NCBI RefSeq assembly: GCF_021028975.2
Contig: NC_059437.1
Coordinates: 44,516,001-44,580,000, forward strand
Direction of reading: 5' to 3'
Source: Sphaerodactylus townsendi
Lineage: Eukaryota
DNA: 64,000 bases
Shown here: one piece after another, positions 37,450-50,917 of the stretch
Layout of the letters: the number at the start of each line of letters is the position of its first letter
Position numbering within the stretch: position 1 is the stretch's first letter
Translations under genes and position numbers: made by a program
The notes under the pieces: model-generated
The model's database searches: none
Seen by the model: the letters and a program-made list of their open reading frames with translations, nothing else
What the model was told of the DNA's origin: nothing

Positions 37450-38033
37450 GACATAAAGAACTGAGGGGGAACTGGTCCATCAGAGACACACTTGATGAAA
37501 GGAAATCATGATCTCGTCAGTTAGGGAAATCTTACATTTTAGCTGCATGAAAGTAGTAGTCATAAATCTATCCATTTTTGTTAGAATTTTTTTTTTGTTT
37601 TAAAAAGGCTTTCAGCTGTGTTTAAACGGCATAAACGGCGACGGTCACAAGATCAAAGATCCAAGCTAGATGCAGCAGAAAAATTCTCTCTTCTCCTTTG
37701 TCTCAGAACTGGAAGAGGGAGTGTAGATACACCAAGAACTGGAGGACATTCTAATGCTTCTGTGATCCTTAAAGATGGGGTTCGTTTTCCACCACTGATA
37801 CCCTGGTTACTTTTTATCTCCTTTCTTATAGTGATAACCATCTGTGGTCTGGAGAAGATGACAGAGAGGACTTCATGTGCTTCCCTCTAGGCTAGGGTGA
37901 AGGCACTGCTTAGCTGGGAGGAAAATGGCATTGTCCGTTGCTACTTAGACCCTTCTTACCATTTCACACAAGTGAGAAGTGAATCTTTAAAAACCAGGCA
38001 TGGCTCCACATCTTTTCTAAGTACTGAAGCTAA

Positions 38034-38178
38034 GGCCCCTTCTTCCGCACACGCAAAATAATGCGTTTTCAAACCACTTTCCACAACTGTTTGCAAGTGG
38101 GTTTTGCTATTCCACACAGCTTCACAGAGCACTGAAAGCAGTTTGAAAGTGCATTATTCTGCATGTGCGGAATGAGCC
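38034..38178. mobile_element. PIF/Harbinger-like MITE
   Basis: Follows taa, GGC...GCC ends, inverted arms ttccgcacacgcaaaataatgc / gcattattctgcatgtgcggaa. Confidence 0.65.
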
Positions 38179-39284
38179 AGAGTTACAAAGTTTACAGGGG
38201 AAAACTAAACCTTTGTCTGCTGGGGAGTGTCAACCAGCTTTAGGTACTGACAGCTGGCTTTCTTAAAGAAGAAGCTCAGTGATTCTCAGGAAAGAACTGC
38301 CGCTGGCCTCCCAATTTCTTATACCTCTTGCACCACTGCCTGCAGAACAATAAGGAAGGCCCTATAAAAGCTTCATTTATACTCCACTGTAAATCCTAGC
38401 AAGTAAATACACTTGGTTTGTCTATTTATTGTCTCTGCCCCTGCCTTCTAGCAGGGCGAACATCCTCCCTATATTCTGAGCCACAAGGGGAGGCGCAGCT
38501 CAACAAACTCTGTCTTGGGAGTTCAGTCTTCACCGGAATCACTTCAAACTGCTTAACCAACCGGTTACAAATCCCAGTTTGATATCCTGGCTCGATGACA
38601 GCCAATAAATGGTTTGTTGGTCTGTTTTTGGGGACCGCTGCTTTTGACGCCTGAATGCAGCCAAAGGGTAACCTTCTGTTTTAGCTCAAAGGAATCAAAT
38701 ACAGGCTCATAAGAATATTTCCAGTTCGGTCTTGCATGGGACTCTTCGATATTTTTGGGTAATGAATATTATTGTAAGTTGCCTTGCCCAATGGGGAAAA
38801 GTGGGGCATAAATGTTTTAAATAAAAAATAAATCAAATTGGGCTGGGGGTGGGTGCAGCAAAAGTACCCCTCACCAAGAGACTCTGAATGGAAAGCAGCT
38901 GGTCCGGCAGAGTCTGTGCGCAAGAGCCAGTTGGAAGGTTAAGAGGGACGGTAACTCTTCACTCGATGCTTTTGATCTCCAGTTGGAGGAACTAGATTAG
39001 AGTCTCGCACGGCATCCTTGGGCAAAGCTTCTCTTGTCACTTCCAGTTTTAAACGCTCTACAGAGTCCGTGCTGTCTGCTTATTTGAGTACCACACTGAG
39101 GCTTCTGACAACTCCGTATGCATCTCATTTCATATGACACGCTGTCAAATGTAGATGTTCAGCTCCGATCTATATATCACACATGAAACTGTCTTGCACT
39201 GAATCAGGGAATTGGTCCATCAAAGTCAGCATTGCCTCCTCAGACTGGCAGCAGTTCTGGGGTCTCAGGCAGAGGTCTCAGATA

Positions 39285-39572
39285 ACATAGAAACAGAGCT
39301 GGAAGGTACCCCCAATGGCCATCTAGTCCAGCCCCCTGCTCTGTGCAGGAAATTCATAATTACCTCCCCCACATTCCGTCAGTGACCCCTGGTCTATGAC
39401 CAGAGGAAGGCAAATCTAGCCTGGAGGAAGAGTCCTTCCTGACCCCGGAGTGGCTACAGGCATTGCCCTGGGCATACAAGAAAGGCCCACAAGGGTCGAG
39501 CACCGGCGTAATTCCTTCCTGCTCTCCCTTTCCCTCCCCCATTTGGAGCAGAAGCTCTGTTCTGTCTGTGTT
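39285..39572 (-). mobile_element. CR1 3' UTR fragment
   Basis: catagaaacagagctggaagg...catctagtccagccccctgc. Confidence 0.6.
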
Positions 39573-40012
39573 CAAAACAAGGAAGGGCAGCAGAGTGCAG
39601 AATGCCGCTGGTGATGGATAAGATGTGCTGTCCTTTTCACAGCCCTTTCTGCCACAGCAAAAGAGTTACTCTTCCCCTGTCTCCAAAACCCACCAAAGAT
39701 CCTCATCAGTTCCACCTTCTGAAAATGAATGGTGAAACTTCTTCCTGCTAGTAAGAATGGCTGTAAGGGGACAGAGTCCAGCTTATATGGGAATTAATGC
39801 TCTTATGTTCTGTGGTACTGATTCCCGTCTACCCCATGAGGCTCTGAGTATTTTTAGTTCTATGTTCTACTCCACCTATGCTTGATCTTTACAATTAATA
39901 TGTAGACTTCATCTTAGCCTGTTCTATTGTGCTGCTCTGAAGAAGTGTGGGCTGCCCTCTCCAAAGATCTTCTTCCAGAGGCACTGTCTGTTTGCCGGGA
40001 AAGGAATGTCTA

Positions 40013-40361
40013 CAGTGGTGGGATTCAAATAATTTAACAACCGGTTCCGGTGGTGGGATTCAAATAATTTAACAACTGTATTGTCGAAGGCTTTCACGGC
40101 CGGAATCACTTGGGTGCTGTGTGGTTTCCGGGCTGTATGGCCGTGTTCTAGCAGCATTCTCTCCTGACGTTTCGCCTGCATCTGTGGCTGGCATCTTCAG
40201 AGGATCCTCTGAAGATGCCAGCCTATCTGGCCAACATCGAAATACTTTCTTCGCTTCGACAACCTTCCGGAAACCACAACAATGCTAACTGGTTGTTTAC
40301 AAGCACCATTTTCACAGCCAGTTCTGCGAAAGTGGTGCAAACCTGCTGAATCCCACCACTG
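40013..40361. mobile_element. hAT-like MITE containing inverted Penelope-like termini (~40077-40285)
   Basis: TIR cagtggtgggattc/gaatcccaccactg; TSD aatgtcta/gatgtcta. Confidence 0.85.
40162..40204 (-). ncRNA. Minimal type I hammerhead ribozyme motif of a Penelope-like element
   Basis: Minus strand: TCCT-CTGAAGA-TGCC(AGCCACAGATGCA)GGC-GAAAC-GTC-AGGA, i.e. intact CUGANGA/GAAA/GUC core with helix I and II pairing. Confidence 0.75.
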
Positions 40362-41087
40362 GATGTCTATGGGATCCTTTTGGGGAGGAGGGAAATAATG
40401 CCGCTTGTAAGCCATCTTAAACCAAGAGACAAGGTGGGGGTGGAAATATTCAAATAGCTAAATTATGGCCCTCTCCACAAGGAATCAAATGGTGAAAACA
40501 GAGAACGGTCATTGCCTTTGTGCCACCCTTTAAGCTAGAATCAACCCATTTTTTAAACAGTGCCTTTGTAGTCATTCGATGAGAGAAAGAGGTTTCTCTT
40601 AACTCCTTAATAATGAACTGCATCCTCGGATGCTGCCTTCCTCCCCTGCCCCAACAGTGAATAAGAACTGTGGGAGGAAAGGGGAATGCTTCATGCTCTG
40701 GCAGGCTCAAGAATCCCCCCAGCTGGTGATGTGTCAGTCCAGTGCCCTTGTGGGGACTGCCCTGTGAACACAAAGATGACCCTTTGACTCCCAGTGAGAT
40801 CTTAACAGAGGACATTAGCACTGTGATAACTTCTACAAAGGAATGTTGTTTGTCTACTGCAGGGAAATGATTCAAGGCCTGGCTCCTGTTTAGGACAAAG
40901 GGCATCTGCAGCAATAACTGGGCAAACCCCACAGTTAACGGTAGATACCAGAACTTCACAATAGGTTGGACTCTGGAAATTTACTGTGATTTATGGAGGG
41001 GCCTGTTTATTTCTTACATTTATGTCGTGCCACATCTCCAATGACAGGGTGGCTCACAGTAAAACATTCATAATAAATACAATAATA

Positions 41088-41371
41088 AGAAGAGTTTGGA
41101 TTTATATCCCCCCTTTCTCTCCTGCAGGAGACTCAAAGGGGCTTACAATCTCCTTGCCCTTCCCCCTCACAACAAGCACCCACCAAAGCAGTGGGTGGGA
41201 GCTGAGAGAAACTCGAAGCTGTGACTAGCCCAAGGTCACCCAGCTGGCGCATGTGGGAGTGTACAGGCTACTCTGAATTCCCCAGATAAGCCTCCACAGC
41301 TCAGGCGACAGAGCTGGGAATCAAACCTGGTTCCTCCAGATTAGATACATGAGCTCTTAACCTCCTACGCC
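41088..41371 (-). mobile_element. tRNA-derived SINE (Squam3-like)
   Basis: Reverse match to 3228-3523. Confidence 0.85.
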
Positions 41372-42834
41372 ATAAATATAAACATTTAAAACATCATAAA
41401 TATATAAGTTTTTAAAACAAATACAAACAGATAGTGTAAAAAACAACAACAACAACATGGGAGCACAAAAGAAACAGATACCTATGCCATATCCAAAAGA
41501 GGACCAGACGTAATTTAGAAAGGAAAAGAAAGGTCTGGCTGAAAAACCAACCCTTGAGAGGCCTGGGCGAGACAGCCTGTTTTGCCCATTTCTTCTGCCC
41601 ACAGAGGACTTCTGACTCTGCTATCAGGCTTTTTCTGGGAGTTTCCTGTCCCCCTCTCCCTTTTTAGGGTCAATTTTGAGCAGAAGTGGAGGATGGAGGA
41701 GAGGAACTCCCATTCCCGTTCCCATTACTGAACTCCCTTTAATATTTACCTCAGGGATCCAAGCTACTGTCCTTTCCCCTTAGAAAGGACATGCCCTGTG
41801 ATAGGTGAATTCCAAAGCCAACTGGTAAAGCAGAGCTCTGGGCTTCACCCACAGACAAATGTTCTGGCTTCCTGTGAGCCTACAGTCAGTCATCTTTGAA
41901 AGGATTGACTTTTATTGATCTGCGCGTCCTAAGAACCCATCTTGTCTATTTGTCTTTCTGTGGCTTCGTCATTATTCCTCTGTGCTTTCTCAAAATCAGA
42001 TCAAAGGTGGTTGGAGAAAACATGGAGAAATGACGCAGAAACAACCAGCAGACAATAAGTGGACAATGTGGTGAGGAAGCTTTAGGGGAAATTGTACCCA
42101 AGTCACAGAAAAGCTGCATGTGAAAGTTTACACACACACACCCCAAAGCAACATGTAGCTGTACAAAATGCTTCCTTGGGGCGGGGGGGGGGGGGGGGAT
42201 AGGAGGCCCTTGACTGTAGAATAGAGAAAAATGGGCAGCCCACTGCAGCCAAAGTGTGGGTTGCCTGCACTGAGGGGGAAACCGGCCCATCTGTTTCCCA
42301 TAAATGAGGATTTATGTTAAGCCAGGTTCCAAGACCTTGGGACAAGGTCAGTCTGTACTGCAAACAGGTTTCCCAAAGGATAGATGGAGACTGTTTCTTA
42401 ACAGGAAACCATAAAGTTGGATGACTCTATTTTGATGGTTCATGAGCAGCACAAAGTCCTTTTATTTTATTTTATTTCTCATGACAAACTTGGTGGGAGG
42501 GGGGGTGTTGGGCATGCAAGACTTGGAGCCAAAGCACTCCTAAGAAGGATTTTAGCCTGAAACCTACCAACCAGGACACAGCAGGGTCGTTGTGTAAACT
42601 TCAAATTGAGCTGCTCAGGTAATGAAAACCAGTCAGCAAGAGGAAAATGTGGAACTTCCAAACTGGGTGTCCCTTTCTGACTCAGCTGTTGGATGCTGTC
42701 TGTGGAGGGTCCTTTACATCCTCTGGAAAAAGCTAAATAACAAAAAAGGAAGGGTTTGTGTGATTTTTTTTTTGTCTGAGATGCGGCCTGCTTAGAGCAT
42801 CTGCTAAGAACAAAGGAAGACACATTAGGCATTC

Positions 42835-43083
42835 TTTTAGTAAATAGGCTATGAATAACGAATATCTTAATCCTGTCTTTTAAGTGTAGTTTTACTATAC
42901 CTGTTCACAATCCCGTGTACAATGGAATGGACAAAATTTTTTAATCTACGTTCTTTTTATAAATGAAGTGTGATTTTAGAATGTAAGACTACTCATAGAC
43001 GCCATGTACAACTCTTTTAAATTTAGTGATGGTCTATACTCATGCTTTTGTATTTTATGCCAATAAAGGTCTATTGTACTTGT
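42835..43083 (+). mobile_element. 5'-truncated non-LTR retrotransposon 3'UTR
   Basis: Ends gccaataaagg plus short repeat tail; 13-bp TSD acattaggcattc at 42822-42834 and 43084-43096. Confidence 0.7.
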
Positions 43084-44513
43084 ACATTAGGCATTCCTTC
43101 CAAGGAAATTAACTAACACTGAATTAAATGTAAGATGTGCATTAAGGGGTCTGTTTTTTGTTCAAGGGTGCGTGTAGGAAAACAGGCTCACAAAAGAAGG
43201 CTCGATTGAGAGACACGTAGCCGTCCACCACACATGAACAGCTGAAGATGCCTTGGGCAGAGCCACACCATGGCTTCACTTGGAGCGGTAAGAGGTCTCC
43301 AATCTAGAGTAAGGGTCTCCCCAATCCTCATTCTTCTACTCAACACATTTGAAGTGGGGGTTGGTGTTGGTCCATAGTACTAAGGGCTTAGTATTAAACT
43401 CCTCCACTTCCTTGGGACACAAACAGGGCCGGGCACCGTCTGCAAACTGTTTCCGCAGGCTGCGAAGCCAGCTTTAACCTCCATGACCAATTCTAACTTC
43501 TACTAAGTTGTGAAAGCACAAAACCCACACCCATCTGGCTTGTATTCGAATGCTGAGGGCATTTTTATGCATGATGCTACCTCCCTTTCCCTGCTCGCTG
43601 TCCATCTGAGTGCGTGGGTTAGAGTGTGGAAGGACATGCCCCACCTAGTCCAATTTAGCATTTTGAATGCTAACCGTGCTAGCTCAGGGTGCCTGTAAGA
43701 CGCCCGCGTTCCTTTCTGCGATCGGAAGCCTGCCCACTTTGACATTCTGGCTGTCCCTTTTTTCCAGCACTGCTGCTGGCACCATCCATCTTGGGCTGCC
43801 CTCTGCTCCCCTCAAAAAAACAGATGCTTCCTTAAGGGGCTATTTCCAGAGGGTGAAGTCATCACCGCATCAGCTCAGTGGACGCCGAGCGATTGGATTG
43901 ATTCAAGCCACATGTGGCGCTGAGCCGTAGGCGAGAATTGAAGCCGACTGTGACAGCGGCTCGTTATGACCCGGCAAACCAGAGGCTGTGCGTAAGCAGC
44001 TGGGGGGCCCGAACAAAGAGATTGCTTTACTGCACGTGAATTAGCGGAGGAGCGTGCCCCTTGTGCAGAGGTGGGAGACCCACGGGGGAGGTCTGAGCTG
44101 CGAGGCTCACACAGGCCTGCCTGTGGCCGGCTCCAGGAGCAGACGACTGCGCAGCTGTGCAGCCAGTGGGGGCCCAGCTGCACAAAAGCTGCTCGCAGGT
44201 AACAAAAGGATCTTATTCTGCTGCTTGTTAGAGCTGGAAGCAGCTGTTTGGGAGAAGCTGCCAGATAAAGCTGTCATCCCATCCTCACTCCAGCTGCTCT
44301 GTAATAGCTTTAAGCAGGTTTCCCCCCTCTGTTTAGAAAAAAGAAAAGACTGGGGGGGGTTTTGTGGGGAGAGTCTTTGAGTAGTCAGCTTCTCTGCCCC
44401 CAACACACTTTCACCTATTTATGCATCATTACCTTTTTTTAAAATCCCAAAAACAAAAGTCCCCGCGTCATATTAAGACAATCCAAAATGACACACAGCA
44501 GTGGGCAGACTCG

Positions 44514-44710
44514 GGAGTGCTATATAGCTCAGTGGCAGAGTCTCTGCTTTGCGTGCAGATGGTCCCGGGTTCAATCCCGGGCATCTCCAGTGACGAGGGT
44601 CAGGTAATGGGAGCCCCTCGCTGAGACCCTGGAGAGCCACTGCCGCTCTGATTAGACACCTCTGGACCTAATGGACCTAATGTGAGGTCTGCTTCAGCAT
44701 AAGGCAGATA
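44514..44710 (+). mobile_element. tRNA(Ala)-like-derived SINE
   Basis: tagctcagtggcagag...ggttcaatcccgggcatctcca followed by SINE body gagaccctggagagccactgcc. Confidence 0.75.
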
Positions 44711-44841
44711 GTTGGATGCCAAAAAGAAAAGAAATGGAGGAAGGGAACCCATCTTTCCAGCCATGGCAATAAGGCCCCTTTGCTTATAGTCTGTACAGTG
44801 TCCATAAGATGCTTAGCGCACATCAGTGGGTAGCTGCACCC

Positions 44842-45030
44842 AGAGGCGTATCTAGGGAAAATGTAGCATGGTGCAAAATCTGAGGCCCGCCCCCCTGCCT
44901 GTATGGGTGACCGCCCTCCCCCACCATGACCAAACAACTTTTTTTGCAAGTCAGTGTATGGACCCAGGGGGAAGGAGGAGGGGTGTGGAGATGACTAAAT
45001 GGCCGCAGTCCCACCCCTGGCTGCACCCTC
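44842..45030 (+). mobile_element. Non-autonomous DNA element (CAGAGGCGTATCTAGGG family)
   Basis: Close match to 37229-37449. Confidence 0.7.
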
Positions 45031-45317
45031 TGCCTTCTGAAGTCAGTCTCAAGCATTCTATCGACACCCTGTGGGATGCCACCCAAGAGCCTTGCTAATG
45101 TGGCTGGAACAGTTTATCTCCTCCTTCCTTTTTTAATATCCAACCTGCAGAAGAGTTCTGGAGAACTCCAAAGCTGGTATATCAATTTGGATTGTCCCAA
45201 TGAAAGGCAGGAACAGAAGGCTTTTGCTTTGGACCAATGCCCCGGCCTCCAACTTCTTTCTACAGTTTTTGTTTTTTACGCTGCTTTTCTCCAGAGTATT
45301 ATCTCACAGCTTAGAAT

Positions 45318-45437
45318 CAGTGGTGGCAAACCTTTGGCACTCCAGATGTGTTATGGACTACAATTCCCATCAGCCCCTTCCAGCATGGCAATTGGCCATG
45401 CTGGCAGAGAACTGATGAAGTGTAGTCCATAACATCT
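45318..45437. mobile_element. Palindromic hAT MITE, right end decayed
   Basis: cagtggtggcaaacc terminus and shared core. Confidence 0.75.
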
Positions 45438-45945
45438 AATTATAAAGGTCTCCTGCAGACTAAATGGTCCCAGCTCTTTTATCCTCAGTAAAGCCGGTGT
45501 GCTGATTAAGAAAGATGTCAGAGTAGGATCTGGAAAACCCAGCTTCAAATCCCCAATCTGGCCTGGAGACTTGCTGGGTCACCTTGGACCAACCACTCAC
45601 TCACTCACTCCGTCTCAACCCTGGAAAGTATTTGGCTGGGAGACTTCCAAGGAATGCCAGGGATGTGAGGCAGAGGCAGGAAAGGGCAAACCCCCTCTGA
45701 AGGTCTCTTGCCTTGAAAGGTCATGGGGTCACCATATGACAGCAAAACACAAACAAACAAGGTTGGGTTGTAAGGGAGGTTGTAAGAGAGAACCCAAAGG
45801 ACCTTCCAGTAAGCGCCAAAGTTAACTGGGGATTTCTGAAAGGACAATCAAAGCCCACGAGCTGCACAGGTGAGGAGGAAGGGTCCCAACCTCTGCCAGA
45901 ATGATAGAACCTTTAATTCAAGTAAGGGAGAATCACTGCAAAATA

Positions 45946-46207
45946 AGATGAGTTTTCATACTCCATTTTAGCTTTAAGGAGCCGCAAAGCGGCTTGCAAA
46001 CACCTTGTCCCTTCCTGCTTTTCCACAACAGACACCTTGTGAGGTAAGTGGGGCTGAGAGAGTCCTGAGAGCTGTGACTGAGCCAAGGCCGCCCTGCAGG
46101 AATGCAGAAACAAATTTGGTTCACCAGATAAGAGTCTGCCACTCATGTGGAAGAGTGGGGAATCAAACCCAGTTCTCCAGATTAGAGTCCACCGCTGTTA
46201 ACCACTA
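45946..46207 (-). mobile_element. tRNA-derived SINE (Squam3-like)
   Basis: Reverse match to 20397-20676. Confidence 0.8.
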
Positions 46208-47628
46208 TGCATGCATGGCATATTTCTCCTACCTATATACCGAAGGAAAATGATCAAAATGGAAGTAATTATTAAGTGACTGGAACCGTTGGTCACAGAT
46301 CTTAAAAGTCAGGCAAGAAGGCAGCAAGAAGGGCTACATCCTGCTAAGTCTATCATCGTCAGTGGGCCTAAGACCTAAAAAGAGACCTGCTGTATCCCTA
46401 AAGCTCAGTGGGCAGTCAAGGGTATAACTATGTGAACATGTCAACCAAATAAGTATTTGTGACAAAAGGGAGATAGAGCCCAGCTCCAACAAGTAAACAG
46501 AAGAGTGCCAGAAATAATTCCCAAGGGGGTGATTTTCCTACATAGGATTGGAGTTACAGAATCATGCAAAGAAATGAAATGGAAGACAGAGAAACTTTGG
46601 GAAGAACAATCAAATCCCTTTTCTTCATAGTGCCATGCTATACAGACTCTTTTGCTGACTTCTGAAGGGACTCGGGTTTGACTGTTCCGTTGTTAAAACC
46701 TTCTGAGTGGGAGTAACGTGTGGGATTTATTCAGTGCAACCGTATCATACCTGGCTCAAGGTTTGAAGGCAGGAACACTCCAAGCCAAGCAGGTTCCGCT
46801 TCTGGCTCTGCTCCCTGTGCAGCTTTCCGGCCACGCTTGACCTCTACGTTAGCTGACGGTGGTTCAAACTGTCACGCCTCTCTAGCCAAGCTTCTCTATG
46901 TCTGTCTGCAAGTGCCCTCTACGTCTGCCCTAGAATTGTTATTTCTTTTTTTAAAATCACGGAATACAACTGATAGGGGAAAAAAACAGCCAGTTCCTCT
47001 TGGTATAGTGACCCCTCTCCAGCCACTGTATGAGTCATGAAAACAAAGCAAAACAGGATGGAATTGTGTAATGCCCTCTCGGCTTTTTATCAGCACACTT
47101 TTTCCTCCACTACCAAAATGCTTGTCCAGACCGGCAAGGGTGGGAGGCAGGATTTAGACGAAGTAGTTTGGATTTATACCTCCTTATCTCTCCTGTAAGG
47201 AGATTCAAAGTGGCCTACAAATCCTTTCCCTTCCTCTCTCCATAACCTTGTGAGGTAGGTGGGGCTGAGAGAGTTCTGAGAGAACTGTTTGGGGCTTGAG
47301 GAAGTTTACAGGAAATACAAACCTATTCAGAGGTTTTATTGCCCCCAAAGTTTATTATTTTGTATGTTGCAATGAATCTGGAAATACCCACGGCTGAATG
47401 GAAGCAGCATATGTATGCAGATGAGAAATTTAGATTTTTGAAGTATTTTGAAATATATAAGAAATAGGCACAAAAAGGTTTAAATAGAATATTAGAATGT
47501 TGTTCCAGTCGTCTTTATTGCACTGCTGACTTCAGTGATTTTTTTTTGTGAGAAAGAGAATTTGGTTCTATTAGAACTGAGAAATCTTTAAGCTAACTTG
47601 GTTCTTGTGAACCTAAAAGCAATTTGGT

Positions 47629-47808
47629 ACAGACAGGAGAGCGAGGGGGAAAAGCGCCGGGTGCACTGATGCGTCCTCCGCCCCTGCCACGCTAAACGTC
47701 CGCCCCTGGCCTGGAATACCCAGTCCCCCCTCGCCACGCCCTTGCGGGGGGGGGAACACCAATTTGCGCGTTATGCCCCGTGCTTTCCCCACGGGCCTCG
47801 CCTACTGG
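47629..47808 (+). mobile_element. GC-rich non-autonomous hAT-like element
   Basis: Related to 54901-55054 and 6706-6889. Confidence 0.6.
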
Positions 47809-47978
47809 AGTGCGCAACAGAGTGGTATTGCTTTCCCTTTGGGTGCACCTTCCCATTTTTTTGTTCCGGTGAACCTCCAGGCAGTAGCTGGAGATCTCCT
47901 GGGATTACAACTGATCTCCAAGCAACAGAGATCAGTTCACCTGGAGAAAATGGCTGCTGTGGAAGGTGGACCCTAGGT

Positions 47979-48241
47979 CCGTGGTGGTGAACCTGTGGCA
48001 CTCCAGATGTTCATGGACTACAATTACCATCAGCCCCTGCTGGCATGGCCAACTGGTTCACCACCACTGCCCTAGGGCCGTGGTGGCGAACCTTTGGCAC
48101 TCCAGATGTTATGGACTACAATTGCCATCACCCCCTCCAGCATGGCCAATTGCCATCACCCCTCCAGCATGGCCATGCTGGCAAGAGCTGATGGGAATTG
48201 TAGTCCATAACATCTGGAATGCCAAAGGTTCGCCACCACTG
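47979..48241. mobile_element. Two tandem palindromic MITEs (47979-48069 and 48078-48241) sharing target-site copies
   Basis: ccctaggt / ccctaggg / ccctaggg at 47971, 48070 and 48242. Confidence 0.85.
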
Positions 48242-48896
48242 CCCTAGGGCATTATACCTCATAGAAGCTCTCCCCCTCCGCACCCCTGCCCTCCTCAGGT
48301 GCTGCTTCCCAACTCTCCAGGAATTGCCCCACATGGAACTTGCAAATCTTTTCCCAAGTGTTCCTCTGGATCCAGTGATCCCAAGAATGATCTTTCTGGC
48401 CCTCTAAAAGGGCTCCAGCAATGGAGAGGAACATGTTAACACTCTTTTGTGTCTAAGACACTGCCCTATGGGAAGGGCACAAAGTATTTCCATATTTTTT
48501 CCATTTTGGAAACCACCTTCTACACGACCAGAAGAGATGCAGAGGCTAGACATGAAATTACTTACCTCCAAGCATAAACTGTAATGGGTCTTTAAAAAAA
48601 AAAAAAACTATTGCGAATAAACCGACACTCCTCATTTTTCACCTTGAATGAGTTTTAAGTTTCCTCTAGTTTATGAAAAGCAGCATCATTTCCTCAAAGA
48701 GCAAAGGTTCCTTTATGGATCTCAGAAAAATATGGATGAATAATTTCTAGGGGGGAGAAAACAAACACTGAACTGGCAGGCCCTGAAAAACACTTCCCTG
48801 TAAAGCAGGAAGCAGAGGTCAAATGAAAATTTCAACCATTAATAGAGAACACTACACAGAATCTGCCGAGCCACAATTTTATATCAAAGGAGACTC

Positions 48897-48902
48897 TTTA
48901 TT
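48897..48902 (-). terminator. Candidate PPIL2 polyadenylation signal (3'UTR ~50917 to ~48880)
   Basis: AATAAA on the minus strand with downstream tgtgtagtgtt GT-rich element; no recognisable TE between it and the stop. Confidence 0.5.
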
Positions 48903-50917
48903 TCATTAACCAGTCTCATTGCAAAACACACACATAAAACCCTGACCATTTTCCAAAGCAACATATGCACAATTCTTGAGGAAAGGATTTCGACAAACCC
49001 CAGAAAGCTAAAAGTAAACAATTCAATGTTTCTGCTTCCGATGCATCTGTTAAGATTTTCTAATTGTCGATGTGTAGCTTGGAGAATCTGGGGATTGACA
49101 GTTTAAGTATTCCAGGAAGGCCTGAACATATATATATTGGTATAGACTCGTGTAACTTTAGCCTGGAGCTCGATTTTTAAAACCCTGCTTCTGGATATTG
49201 AATAAGAAGACAAAAAACTGAAAGACGTGATTTCTCAGCCTGTCAATCACCACTGTCCTTTCCCTTGATACAGGACAGGATACATCTTACTGCTAACAGG
49301 CAATCCTTTGTATCGGTACCTTGTAGCATGGGCATCCTGGGGAGAAGATGCGTGCACTTGTCTGATTTTTAATGCTGCTTTTCCTACCGTCTCTCTGCAT
49401 TTTGCAAGTGAAAGACACACCAGCCAACCGGTCCCACTATAAAGTGACACGAGGCATTCACTCTGCCAGTGCCTGCCCTTTAACAAACACGGCTGGACCG
49501 CTTCTTGACAGCTATAGCTCTTCCCAGATTTAGCAGTAAAGGGCACACTGGCACGTTTGGGGGGCGCTGCTGTAACAATTGCAAGGCGGCACTGTCTTTT
49601 TGTAAAGAAAAACAGCTGCAGGAGGGGCCAATTCTGAGCCGAGACCCGGCCGGCTGAAAGGTTGCTGACAACTTTCTCCACCAGTCGTTTCCCCACTCCC
49701 ACTCTCTTCTCAAATCAAAGCACAGGCGCACGTTTCTCCTTGCAAAGACATACCTGGAAGCTCCCAGGATGAAAAGCAACGGGGAAGAGGGGTGGAAAAG
49801 AAAAAAGATCGGTAGAGGAAAGGAAGGAGCAGCCTCTTCCCGCTGCTGGCTTCCATTCAAAATTGCCACCTCCCCATCCAGATTTCCTTAACGCCCCAGG
49901 GGAATCAGGTCACATGTTTGGATTTAGCCTATAATTTGCTCTTTAGCCCCAACTGTGTGGGTCGGCTCAGGGCTCACTGAAGTTTGGGACCATTTCTCTT
50001 GGAAGGCGTGACAACAGACTGCTGCATATCAATCAAAAGCAAAGGCCAATCAGAGACCAAACACTACCAGGGCCAAGACAGCATTTTGGGGTCTGAGAGA
50101 AGAGGCTGCAGAATTGCTCGCCCCTGGCTGTTTTTCACTGACCCCTGGCCGAGTGGCAGTGGGCAATGTTTGTAATTCACAGCAGCCCCACAGAGATCTA
50201 CACCCGGCGCAGAGGAGAAGCGCAGCGATATAGCCACTGTTGCCGAGCTGGCTCAGACACATCAGGCTAGCAAACCAGACAAAGCAAAGGAACTGGGCTG
50301 GATGGCTTTTCTGGGCGGAGAGGTCGTCAATCAGGCGTCAGCTCTGGATGGAGGCACCCGACGACTTCATCATCGCTCACAGAGATGGATGCCTCTCGGA
50401 GCAGCACAACAGCTCATAAAACCAGTGAGCCTGGAGGGTGTGAGAGACAGAGAGGGAGGGGGAAGGATGCGCAGTCCGGGAGCCATGTTTCCAAATTAGA
50501 AGGGACAAGCTGGAGGGGACTGTAGGAACCCCCTTCCAGCAAAGAGATGCCGCTCTAATGATGCCATTTTCCCCCCCTTCTCCTCCACTGGGTAATTACC
50601 CATTTTAGCCTGGAACAAGCCCTTGCTTGCTAATCTGCTTCACCTTCCCAGTGTTCTACGGACAAATCTGCAGAGCGGCAACACAAAAGAGCCATCTTGG
50701 AGCCACTGAGTACAGAAGCGGCTCACGAGAAAACAAAAGGAGGCATTTTGGAGAGGGACCCAAAGGACAGCGCTGCGGGGGAAACAGCGCGTTTGGAAAC
50801 TTTAGGGAATCCTCCCCGGAGGAGGCAGATGGGTACCCTGCCCATTTCAATGCAGAACAGTCTAGAGCAATGTGTCGATTGGGGCTGGGTGGCTCCAGAT
50901 GTGGTCACCCAGGTCTT

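Noticed and set aside
44514-44590. Possible tRNA-Ala gene
   Set aside because: Acceptor and anticodon stems are degenerate and it continues into a SINE body also seen at ~20095 and ~15620.
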